Positions 49,439-58,077 of a stretch of 64,000 nucleotides of DNA are shown here, piece by piece (the first letter of the stretch is position 1; each line of letters begins with the position of its first letter). Under the pieces are notes generated by a model. It saw nothing but the letters and a program-made list of their open reading frames with translations. It was not told where the DNA came from and searched no databases. The DNA lies in contig OY760935.1 of NCBI GenBank assembly GCA_963664295.1, forward strand, positions 704,001-768,000, written 5' to 3'. The position numbers and the translations under genes are program-made. Source of the stretch: Candidatus Altimarinota bacterium. Its GTDB lineage: Bacteria > Patescibacteriota > Gracilibacteria > CAIRYL01 > GCA-016699755.

Positions 49439-50008
49439 ATGAAAAGCAACAGTATTAAAAAAGCATTTTTAAATCTCAGTCTATCACGAAAAATCGTTCT
49501 AATTGGAGCAATTCTGGCAATTATTTTTGCTTTTATGCCTTGGTTTGAAACAAACGACACAAGTCTTATCACTTCTGACAAGCCAATAAAAATCAATGGC
49601 TTTGGAAGATATGGCATATTTGGCACCGTTTCTGTGCTTTTTAGCCTAACCTGCATTTTAATTCTCGTTAGAGAAGCTTTAACTGGCAAAGAAAAAACTT
49701 TTTCCTTTGCAAACTCAACAATTTGGATGTTTCTGGCTGGTGAAGCTGTTTTTGCTCTCACTTTAGGCATTTTTGTATTTTCAACAATTTTTGACGAAAC
49801 ATCAGAAGCTGCTTTCCGCTTTGGTATATTTTTATCAATATTCTCACATATTCTAATTTTTGGAGGTGCACATTTTTCTTTTTCCGAAGAGAAAAAAATA
49901 GCAAACAAAAAAGCATTTAGATCAATGAGCGAAGAAGATTTAGCAAAATTAAATCTTCAACCCGAAGAGCCTGATGTTTCTAACGATCAACTTAGTTTTG
50001 GCGATTAA
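49439..50008 (+). CDS. membrane hypothetical protein
   Basis: 189 aa, 4 TM segments, MPWF motif. Confidence 0.7.
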   Translation: MKSNSIKKAFLNLSLSRKIVLIGAILAIIFAFMPWFETNDTSLITSDKPIKINGFGRYGIFGTVSVLFSLTCILILVREALTGKEKTFSFANSTIWMFLAGEAVFALTLGIFVFSTIFDETSEAAFRFGIFLSIFSHILIFGGAHFSFSEEKKIANKKAFRSMSEEDLAKLNLQPEEPDVSNDQLSFGD

Positions 50009-50011
50009 ATT

Positions 50012-50302
50012 ATGACAGAAGACGAAATACCCGCATTTAGCATGGAAGATGCGCAAAAAGTGGCATATAAACCAATCCCAGAAGAGGAATGGGAACACCA
50101 AAAAGTAGTTTTTTATTGCCACGATTGTGAAAAAATAGTTCAAGGAAAAAAGCTGGGCAAAAGCTTAAAATTTGCCTGCGCAGAATGCAACGGCAATAAT
50201 GTCAGCTATGGAACTGAAAAAAGCATAAAAAATCACTTCCGTATCCAAGAAGAAACACCAGAAGAGGAAAACACTGAAAAAAAAGAAGAAGAAAGCAAAT
50301 AA
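50012..50302 (+). CDS. zinc-ribbon hypothetical protein
   Basis: CHDC...CAEC pair; co-oriented upstream of recA. Confidence 0.7.
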   Translation: MTEDEIPAFSMEDAQKVAYKPIPEEEWEHQKVVFYCHDCEKIVQGKKLGKSLKFACAECNGNNVSYGTEKSIKNHFRIQEETPEEENTEKKEEESK

Positions 50303-50360
50303 TTTACTTTAAATAACTAATAATTTACAATTTTTACTCTTTGATTTTTTAACACACAAA

Positions 50361-51386
50361 ATGAGCGAAGGAAAAAACGAAGCGCTAAAAAACGCACTCT
50401 CACAAATTAAAAAAAGCTATGGCGAAGGTTCAATTATGCAAATGAACGAAGCTTCACATATGAAAACCGAAACAATTTCAACTGGTGCTCTTTCGTTAGA
50501 CATAGCACTTGGAGGGGGTATTCCAAAAGGCAGATTGATTGAAGTTTTCGGCCCAGAAAGCGCAGGTAAAACAACATTAACCCTGCAAATTGCCGCAGAA
50601 GCACAAAAAAAAGGTGGACAAGTTGCCTTCATTGACGCAGAACATGCTTTAAATTCTGAATTTGCTGAAAAAATAGGCTTAGATTTATCAAAATGTACAA
50701 TTTCTCAACCTGATTCCGGAGAAGATGCATTAGAGATTACTGAAATTTTGGTTCGTAGTGGTGCAGTAGATCTAGTTATTGTGGATTCTGTTGCTGCTCT
50801 TACTCCAAAAGCAGAAATCGAAGGAATGATGGGTGATAGCCACATGGGCTTACAAGCAAGATTAATGAGCCAAGCACTAAGAAAACTAACTGGTGCAATC
50901 TCAAAATCAAAATGTACTGTTATTTTTATCAACCAAATTCGCCATAAAATTGGCGTTATGTTCGGTAGCCCAGAAACAACAACAGGAGGTAATGCTCTTA
51001 AATTTTATTCCTCCGTTCGCTTAGACATCCGCAGAATTGCCAAAATCGAACATGGCACAGGCGATGATAAAAAACAAATTGGCAACAAGGTGAGAGTAAA
51101 AGTTGTAAAAAATAAACTCGCTCCTCCATTCCGCCAAGCAGAATTTGACCTAATGTTTTCAGAAGGCATTTCCCGCGAAGGTGATGTGCTCGATCTAGCT
51201 GTTAGCAAAGATATAATCAAAAAAGCAGGTGCATTCTTCTCATATGGAGACACAAAACTAGGTCAAGGACGCGAAAATGCCAAACAATTCTTCCGTGAAA
51301 ACCCTGATTTAATGACAAAAATTGAAAAAGAAATTAAAGAAAACTTAAATAAACCAGAAGAAAAGAAAGAAGCCAAGAAAAAATGA
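50361..51386 (+). CDS. recA: recombinase RecA
   Basis: [36 protein letters not shown] and [16 protein letters not shown]. Confidence 0.99.
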   Translation: MSEGKNEALKNALSQIKKSYGEGSIMQMNEASHMKTETISTGALSLDIALGGGIPKGRLIEVFGPESAGKTTLTLQIAAEAQKKGGQVAFIDAEHALNSEFAEKIGLDLSKCTISQPDSGEDALEITEILVRSGAVDLVIVDSVAALTPKAEIEGMMGDSHMGLQARLMSQALRKLTGAISKSKCTVIFINQIRHKIGVMFGSPETTTGGNALKFYSSVRLDIRRIAKIEHGTGDDKKQIGNKVRVKVVKNKLAPPFRQAEFDLMFSEGISREGDVLDLAVSKDIIKKAGAFFSYGDTKLGQGRENAKQFFRENPDLMTKIEKEIKENLNKPEEKKEAKKK

Positions 51387-51853
51387 TTTTAACCGGAGAA
51401 AACAACGAAACATTGCGTAAAAAATCAACAGAAGTTGATTTAAAAAAAAGCAAAGAAATAATTAAAAAATTATTCAAAAATATCTCAAAAAAAGAAGCCG
51501 CGGGCCTTGCGGCTCCGCAAATTGGTGAAAATTATCGAGTTGTATTAGTACAAAATGGAGACGATTTTATGCCCATGATCAACCCAAAAATCACCAGTTT
51601 TTCAGTTAACAAAGAAATTGACGAAGAAGGCTGTCTTTCCTTGCCTAATATCTGGGGAAAAGTGCCAAGACACAGCGAAATAGAAGTGCAATACATAAAC
51701 GAACAAGGCGAAAAAATTCAAAAAAGATTTTCCGGCTGGACAGCACGCGTAATTCAACACGAAATCGATCATTTAGATGGAGTTTTGTTTATTGATCGTG
51801 TCACAGAAGAAAACTCAAGCTTAAGTAATTTAAATAATTTGCAAAAATTATAA
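51383..51853 (+). CDS. def: peptide deformylase
   Basis: [13 protein letters not shown] and QHEIDHLDG. Confidence 0.96.
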   Translation: MILTGENNETLRKKSTEVDLKKSKEIIKKLFKNISKKEAAGLAAPQIGENYRVVLVQNGDDFMPMINPKITSFSVNKEIDEEGCLSLPNIWGKVPRHSEIEVQYINEQGEKIQKRFSGWTARVIQHEIDHLDGVLFIDRVTEENSSLSNLNNLQKL

Positions 51854-51909
51854 TTTTCAAACCTTGACTGTATTAAAAAATAATTATAAGGTGTCTTCCT
51901 CCTTAATAT

Positions 51910-52356
51910 TTGAATATGAAATATTTATCAGCCAACTCACTAAAATTTGCAAGCACTAACAAAATAGACGCAGAGAATTGTCCTGATTTTCAGGGCTTAC
52001 AAACTATAATATCAACACAAGATGAAGTTTTAGCGCGTTTAATCACCTGCATAAACCTAAATCCAGACAATTCATGTACTAAAACAGGACAAAATTGCAC
52101 CTGCCTACAAACAGACGATCTTACGCCCATATCAACAAAAATAATAAATATGGGAGACATAATTTCCATTATTTCAAAAGAAGTAAAATCAACACAATCA
52201 ATAGAGAATTTCAAGCAAAATATTCAAACAATAATCCAAAAAATCCTCAAAGCAATACAAGACGCAGAAGATGACATAAAAACATTTTTTCCAAAAACAA
52301 CCCCAACACACTGCATTAAAAACAGAACCTTCCAAAAACATTTTAAAGAAACCTAA
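51910..52356 (+). CDS. hypothetical protein (Cys-containing orphan)
   Basis: 148 aa ORF (ATG at 51916) with a TTGACT-N17-TAAGGT-like promoter. Confidence 0.5.
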   Translation: MNMKYLSANSLKFASTNKIDAENCPDFQGLQTIISTQDEVLARLITCINLNPDNSCTKTGQNCTCLQTDDLTPISTKIINMGDIISIISKEVKSTQSIENFKQNIQTIIQKILKAIQDAEDDIKTFFPKTTPTHCIKNRTFQKHFKET

Positions 52357-52383
52357 ATCAATAGCTTTGTTTGGCGCATTGAA

Positions 52384-52640
52384 GATTTTTCGTGTGTATC
52401 CTAGGTCAAATAGATATTTAATTGAATAAATTAAAATCCAATAATTAAGGTATTTGTTTTTGTTTTCGCGCTCTTTTAATTTACCTTCAGGGGATTTTTC
52501 GTGTGTATCCTAGGTCAAATAGATATTTAATTAAGTAAATTAAGCACAAAAAAACACCCAGTAATTAAGGTGCTTTTTTGTTTTTGTTTTCGCGCTCTTT
52601 TGACGCCTTGAGGATTTTTTGTGTGTATCCTAGGTCAAAA
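52384..52640. repeat. three diverged direct repeats, period 109-120 bp
   Basis: gattttt(c/t)gtgtgtatcctaggtcaaa at ~52384, ~52493 and ~52613; ttgtttttgttttcgcgctctttt twice. Confidence 0.9.
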
Positions 52641-53062
52641 TAAGCTTGGACGACCAATCCACTCTTCTTGCCATCCTTTGGATAGTATTTTCGGTCTTCC
52701 CTGGACCTGCCCCATTGATGTTTTCGAGTCTAGGGCACATATGTCCCTGCTGAAAACGAGGCACTCAGAGCAAGCTCTGAGAAGATGAGCTCTTAAGGCT
52801 AGTCGTGCCAGAAAAGCTACATCGGAAAGCGAAGAAGACGGAACCTTTTCTTATGAAGCAAAAGAGTGTAAAGATGCTAAGAATAATGCTTTTTTTGTTT
52901 TGCTTTCTTGCTCTTTAGTCTTTTCTCTTCTCAAGAAAAGGCTCTTGTCTTTTTCACTTATGGTAAATCTTAAAATTTTCAAAGGTCGTTTTGTTTTTAT
53001 TTGTTTTTTTATTTTTTTGTGTGTATTTGTGTTCGTTTTTTTTGATTTCTGATTTTGTGTTT
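52384..53062 (-). ncRNA. candidate ~680-nt structured non-coding RNA
   Basis: ORF-free region downstream of a consensus promoter, with a GC-richer nested-stem core (52660-52868) and repeats. Confidence 0.5.
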
Positions 53063-53068
53063 CAGAAC

Positions 53069-53097
53069 ATTCTAATCAAAAAAGCCCAATCTGGCAA
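53069..53097 (-). promoter_or_regulatory. sigma70-type promoter pointing into an ORF-free region
   Basis: TTGCCA-N17-TAGAAT. Confidence 0.65.
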
Positions 53098-53238
53098 CTA
53101 AAACCCCTTGCATGAACAATAAAAATATTATTTAAATATAATTTAATATCAAATAAATAGCTTAAATAAGCCATTTTAATTTTTTTGACTTTTACAAAAA
53201 ACATCATATATAATGATATGAATTATTTAGATACAATC

Positions 53239-53268
53239 AAATAAACACGTAAAATTACGTGCTTATTT
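53239..53268 (-). terminator. terminator of the M23 peptidase gene
   Basis: aaataaacacgtaa/ttacgtgcttattt inverted repeat just after the stop at 53285. Confidence 0.65.
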
Positions 53269-53284
53269 TTTATAAACTCATCAT

Positions 53285-54769
53285 CTAAAATCTCTTATCC
53301 TCCAAATACTCAGCTGGCACATATTCAATCGGCAATTCTTCAATTGGCAAATAATCGAGAGGATTAACATGCTCCCCATCTTCAAAAACCTCAAAATGCA
53401 AATGCGGACCAGTGGTCATCACACCAGCACCTTTTGTTCCTGGAGTACCACCAGAAAGACCAATAACCTCTCCTTCTTTTACAGTATCCCCCTCTGTGAC
53501 CAAAATTTTAGAAACATGACCATAAAGAGTAGTTAAATTATTTTTATGAGCCAAAATAATATAAGAATAACCCATACCATTATCTACAACCTTATACACA
53601 TAACCCAAAGCAGGTGCACGAATAACCTTGCCCTGCGCATAGCGAATATCAATAGCATGATGCTTCATACCAAAAGTCACTTCATAACTAGGATCAAGAT
53701 AATAAGCAGTAATACCACCAGAAGGATCAACAGGCCAAACAAAAGGAATTCCCTCATCAGCATCTTCAAAAATCTTACCAACCTCAAAATTTTCATCACT
53801 CTCATTTTCCTCAAATTCCTCACGCACAGTCATAAAAGCATCCTGCTTCTGTGACTCCAAAATCTGCAATTTTTCTCTAATCATCTCCCTATCATCACGC
53901 AAATCTTTAATAGCCTGCACACTATCCTCCATTTGTTCACGAGATTCTTCCCATAATCTCTGATATTCTTTTTGCTTTCCCTGAGTTTGACGAATTAAAT
54001 CTTCTTTTGCCTGCTTTTGCACCTCAATATTGTGCTTCTCCTCTGACAATTTAGCGTTTAATTCTTCCAATCGCTCTTTTTCTTGGTTCAAAACTTTTTG
54101 AGTTTCCTCAACCTGCAACAAGGCCAATTCCATATTGTAAAAAATTTCTCTTTCTGTTTTTTCCCAAGAAGAAAGATACATTTCATTACGCAAATGAGAA
54201 GAAAAAGAGCTATCCGCCAAAAGCAAAGTAATAGTGTTTTTTACCTCATCATCTCTAAGGCGAGCATTTTCCTTTTGAATAAGCTTAAAAAACTTCAAAA
54301 CCACCTCTTTTTGTGCATCTGCCTCTGCTTTTATTTTTTCTTCTTCTTCATAAAGCAAGCCAAGATCGGACTTTTTCTTTAAAATCTGCATTTCAATCGC
54401 AGAAATTTTTTCATTTGTTTGATCAAGTTGTAAGTTTATGTTTTCTAGTTGTTGCTTAAGCAAATTAAGCTCAGAGCGTACCTTAACAAGCATTTGCTCT
54501 GTCACTTGTGTTGCTTTTAGTGAATCACTAAAGTCTTTATATTCCTCATCAAGTGAATATTTTATTCTTTCTAATCTTAGTTTTCCTTCTGCCATACGAT
54601 CAGCAAAACGATCCTTATAAAGCTCCTCCAGCTCTTGTTCAAGATATTTTTCTTCCTCTTCGCTTAATGCTGATGCACTAAAAAACCCTGTCAAAAACAG
54701 TGCTAAAACTAATGTTATTGCTAGTAATACCGATATTTTATTTGTCTTTTTTTTCATATATTTTATCAA
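53285..54769 (-). CDS. coiled-coil + M23 peptidase (EnvC/murein hydrolase activator-like)
   Basis: Signal peptide, long coiled coil, HHAIDI, TLYGH and TGPHLHFEV. Confidence 0.9.
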   Translation of the reverse strand: MIKYMKKKTNKISVLLAITLVLALFLTGFFSASALSEEEEKYLEQELEELYKDRFADRMAEGKLRLERIKYSLDEEYKDFSDSLKATQVTEQMLVKVRSELNLLKQQLENINLQLDQTNEKISAIEMQILKKKSDLGLLYEEEEKIKAEADAQKEVVLKFFKLIQKENARLRDDEVKNTITLLLADSSFSSHLRNEMYLSSWEKTEREIFYNMELALLQVEETQKVLNQEKERLEELNAKLSEEKHNIEVQKQAKEDLIRQTQGKQKEYQRLWEESREQMEDSVQAIKDLRDDREMIREKLQILESQKQDAFMTVREEFEENESDENFEVGKIFEDADEGIPFVWPVDPSGGITAYYLDPSYEVTFGMKHHAIDIRYAQGKVIRAPALGYVYKVVDNGMGYSYIILAHKNNLTTLYGHVSKILVTEGDTVKEGEVIGLSGGTPGTKGAGVMTTGPHLHFEVFEDGEHVNPLDYLPIEELPIEYVPAEYLEDKRF

Positions 54770-54859
54770 AGTATTATCTCATAAATAAGCCTTTTTTTCA
54801 AGAAAAACCTCCTTGACGAAGCAAATGAAAAACATAAACAAAAAACAGACTATTTTCTG

Positions 54860-55400
54860 TTGTTACGCCATCGTTGCAAGAACGACGCCAAAGGAGGAGG
54901 ATGCGACAATCCACCCTTGCTGTCATTCTGAGCGAAAAACACACCTTTTCTATCATTCTGAGCGGAAAACACGCCCTTGCTGTCATTCTGAGCGGAATGA
55001 AATGGAGCGAAGAATCTCCTTGTCCATTTGCTCAAATCCTGCCTTAGGTAATTGTGCAGTAATGACAACGGGAGATCCTTCGCTTCGCCTAAAGGCTCGC
55101 TCAGGATGACGAAGTAAGGGGGCTCAGGATGACATTACATTTGTCATTATGGATTTTTTGGGATGTCATTGTGGACTTTTTGGGGTGTCATTGCGGACTT
55201 GATCCGCAATCTTGGGAGGCAGGAGGTGTCATTGTGGGCTACGACCCATTTTTCGCCCCTATCGGGCTTCAAAGGGCAAGTCCACAATCTCCTTGTCCAT
55301 TTGCTCAAGACCTGCCTTAGGCGCCCCTACTTTGTCATTCTGAGCGAAGTCCGCCCAGGCGGATGGAGCGAAGAATCTCCTTGCCCATGTTCTCAAATCC
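54860..55400. repeat. REP-like palindromic repeat cluster 4
   Basis: TGTCAT modules including variant inserts (gaagtccgcccaggcggatgg). Confidence 0.9.
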
Positions 55401-55688
55401 TGTCTCAGTCTACCATTTTGGGTTCACTATTGCCCTTCCGGCATTTAAACTAGTACTTATAATTTCTTTGCAAAAATGCCGTTAAAAATTCAACTGAGCA
55501 TAGCGAATAATTTGAATTTTTAGGCATTGAGCAATTTTATTAGAAATTAAAGTATTAGTTTAATAAAGGAAAGGTTTTTAGCAGAATGCGAGGAGGACGG
55601 TGCGAAAAGTGGAGTGGGCGAATTAAATCAATGAGCACACGGAACAAAGAGCATGATTTTTGAAAAAAAACTTTAGTTTTTTTAAAAA

Positions 55689-55824
55689 AAATCAAGTCCA
55701 ACCCATTCGAGTTTCTTTTTAACTGCAAAAAGAAGGAATAGAAGAAATCAAATCCAACCCATTCAAGTTTCTTTTTGCTTACAAAAAGAAAAGATAGAAA
55801 AAATGAAAATTAACTCATTCGAAC
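55689..55824. repeat. 56-bp period tandem repeat (~2.4 copies), each full copy with a ttcttttt/aaaaagaa hairpin
   Basis: Units start at 55689, 55745 and 55801. Confidence 0.8.
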
Positions 55825-55921
55825 TTAAATTTGACCACAAAAAAAACAAACCAAAAACACCCATCAAAACATTGCATTTATCCCAAAAATATGAGATAAT
55901 ATAAAGATTTTTACAACAAAA

Positions 55922-56239
55922 GTGGTAAACACAATCAAACTAATCGAATTCGTCAAAAATTCCCAAATCAGCGAAGAACAAAAAAAAACCCTCATGCCAG
56001 TAATACAAGTCGCAGACGAAGACACAAAAAAACAAATCTACTTCAAAATCAAAGAATTTGAAGACAATTTAGAAAAAATCCGCCAAGGAAAAATGCCACT
56101 AAGCCCAGAAATCGCCAAATACGCAGAAGAAAAAACAAAACAAATCCGCACACAAGCAAGAAAACAAGGCGAAAAAATAACTCGCGATTACGAAGAACAA
56201 GAAGCAGAAAAAGAACTTCAAACACTTTTATCAAAATAA
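55922..56239 (+). CDS. hypothetical helical protein
   Basis: 105 aa GTG ORF; promoter-like TTGCAT-N17-GATAAT at ~55872-55900. Confidence 0.65.
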   Translation: MVNTIKLIEFVKNSQISEEQKKTLMPVIQVADEDTKKQIYFKIKEFEDNLEKIRQGKMPLSPEIAKYAEEKTKQIRTQARKQGEKITRDYEEQEAEKELQTLLSK

Positions 56240-56240
56240 A

Positions 56241-57677
56241 ATGGCAGAAGCAGAAACACCAAATCTACAATTTGATCAAGCAGAAGCAGTTGCAAAAAAT
56301 CCAGAAGCAGACACTGATACAAACGGCAGTATTGATAAACAGAAAACAATAGCAAGCTTTACAACAGCAGTAAAAGAGGATATTGCTGAAATCAGAAATG
56401 CAATGAAAGACTTGCCTGATGACAATACAGCTAAAACTCAATTCGAAGCAAATCAAACACAGCAACTAACAGCACTGGAAACAGCACTTAAAGACAAACA
56501 AGAGACAGAACTTATAGACGCAATGAATACCTTTGTAGAAACCCTTAACACAAAATTCCAAGACGCAATAAAAGTAGCCGAAGGCGCACAAACAAAAGCA
56601 AAAGCAAAAGCACTAGCACCAAGCAACCAAGAAACGTCTAGTAAGTCACCAAACGCAGTAGAAAATGTCAAAGGCAAAGCCAATGAGTTCGCAGAAAACA
56701 TGGTCAAACAAGCAGAAGAGCTAGGTTTACCAAAAGACATGCTCGCCTCCATATTAAAAGGACTCTGCAACATTGCCTTTCTTGGTGATATTTTCAAACC
56801 AATATATGAAAGACTCCGCGCCGACAATATAAAAAATGATGTTAATCAAATTTTAGGAACAGATCACAAACTAAATGATGCTGAAATGGTTAAGCTTTAT
56901 GATTACTATGAAGCAATAATCAACAAAAAAGATGAAAAAACAACAGCAAAAGATATTCTTACCGGTCCACCAACTTTTGCAGCATTTTTAAATCATACTA
57001 TAACTAAAGGTACAAAGCCAGATGGTGGCTGGACATACAAAGCTTTAGTTGAAGCCATATCAGAAGAAAACCCAAAAGCTGAAAAACAACTTACGCCAGA
57101 CAAAGCAGTAGTTACAACAGGTGAAGTAAATCAAGATCAAGAAACTCAACAAGAAAAAGCTCTAGATGCTAATCAAAAAAATAAAGCACTAGAAGCAGTA
57201 AGTGAGCAATTTAAAAATGCAAAAATTAATGACTTAATTGGTATTCACACAAAGGGCAAATATCCTAATGGCTTCAAATTAGATGACGCTGTGAAAGAGC
57301 TAGTGGAGAGTGCAACAACAACAGCAAAAGAAACAACGAACACGGTAACAGAAGTAAAAACAGCACCTGCAAACACAGAATTAACAGAATTTTTTACAAC
57401 ACAATTAAGCAAGCCGGACTTTATCAAGCTGGCAATGGCGCACATTATCCTAAAAAAACTAGAACTGAATACTACTACAGACAATGTTACAATCAATGAA
57501 AATGGAGGCTTTGAGCTTACAATCAAGCCAACAAGTGGTGATAATAAAACAATTACTGTCACAAAATCCACTGCTAATGGGCAAACATGGAAAATTGATA
57601 ATGCAGATTATGCAGACGACACAAAATTAGCTGAATACATTAAGACAATTAAGAGCACAAGTGCAAAAGGCGCATAA
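56241..57677 (+). CDS. hypothetical Thr/Ala/Lys-rich protein
   Basis: 478 aa ORF starting 1 nt after the previous stop. Confidence 0.7.
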   Translation: MAEAETPNLQFDQAEAVAKNPEADTDTNGSIDKQKTIASFTTAVKEDIAEIRNAMKDLPDDNTAKTQFEANQTQQLTALETALKDKQETELIDAMNTFVETLNTKFQDAIKVAEGAQTKAKAKALAPSNQETSSKSPNAVENVKGKANEFAENMVKQAEELGLPKDMLASILKGLCNIAFLGDIFKPIYERLRADNIKNDVNQILGTDHKLNDAEMVKLYDYYEAIINKKDEKTTAKDILTGPPTFAAFLNHTITKGTKPDGGWTYKALVEAISEENPKAEKQLTPDKAVVTTGEVNQDQETQQEKALDANQKNKALEAVSEQFKNAKINDLIGIHTKGKYPNGFKLDDAVKELVESATTTAKETTNTVTEVKTAPANTELTEFFTTQLSKPDFIKLAMAHIILKKLELNTTTDNVTINENGGFELTIKPTSGDNKTITVTKSTANGQTWKIDNADYADDTKLAEYIKTIKSTSAKGA

Positions 57678-57687
57678 AAAAATCGTC

Positions 57688-58075
57688 TGTCATTGTGGGC
57701 TTTTTGGGATGTCATTGTGGGCTTGACCCGCAATCTCGGGAGGTGTCATTCCGAGCAAAAAACACACCCTTGCTGTCATTCTGAGCGGAGTGAAACGGAG
57801 CGAAGAGTCTCCTTGAACATGCGCTCAAACACTGCCTTAGGTAATGCAACAGTAATGACAACGGGAGATCCTGAATCGAGTTCAGGATGACAGAAAAAAG
57901 AGGCGGGAGGTGTCATTGTGGATTTTTTGGATTGTCATTGTGGGCTACGACCCGCAATCTCGGGAGGTGTCATTCCGAGCGAATCCTTCGTAGCTTTAGC
58001 GAAGAAGGAGAGCCGAGGAATCTCCTTGGACATGCGCTCAAACACTGCCTTAGGTAATGCAACAGTAATGACAAC
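57688..58075. repeat. REP-like palindromic repeat cluster 5
   Basis: TGTCAT modules, including gagatcctgaatcgagttcaggatgaca; fills the convergent intergenic gap up to the pflB stop. Confidence 0.9.
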
Positions 58076-58077
58076 TA

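Noticed and set aside
52384-52640. CRISPR mini-array or oriC (DnaA boxes) interpretation
   Set aside because: The intervening segments are 80-90 nt and homologous to each other, so they are not spacers. TGTGTATCC differs from the DnaA box TGTGNATAA at two positions, and no dnaA/dnaN or change in gene-strand bias is seen here.
55689-56239. Type III toxin-antitoxin (repeat RNA plus toxin)
   Set aside because: A separate promoter lies between the repeats and the ORF, and the 105 aa helical protein does not resemble ToxN/CptN/TenpN.
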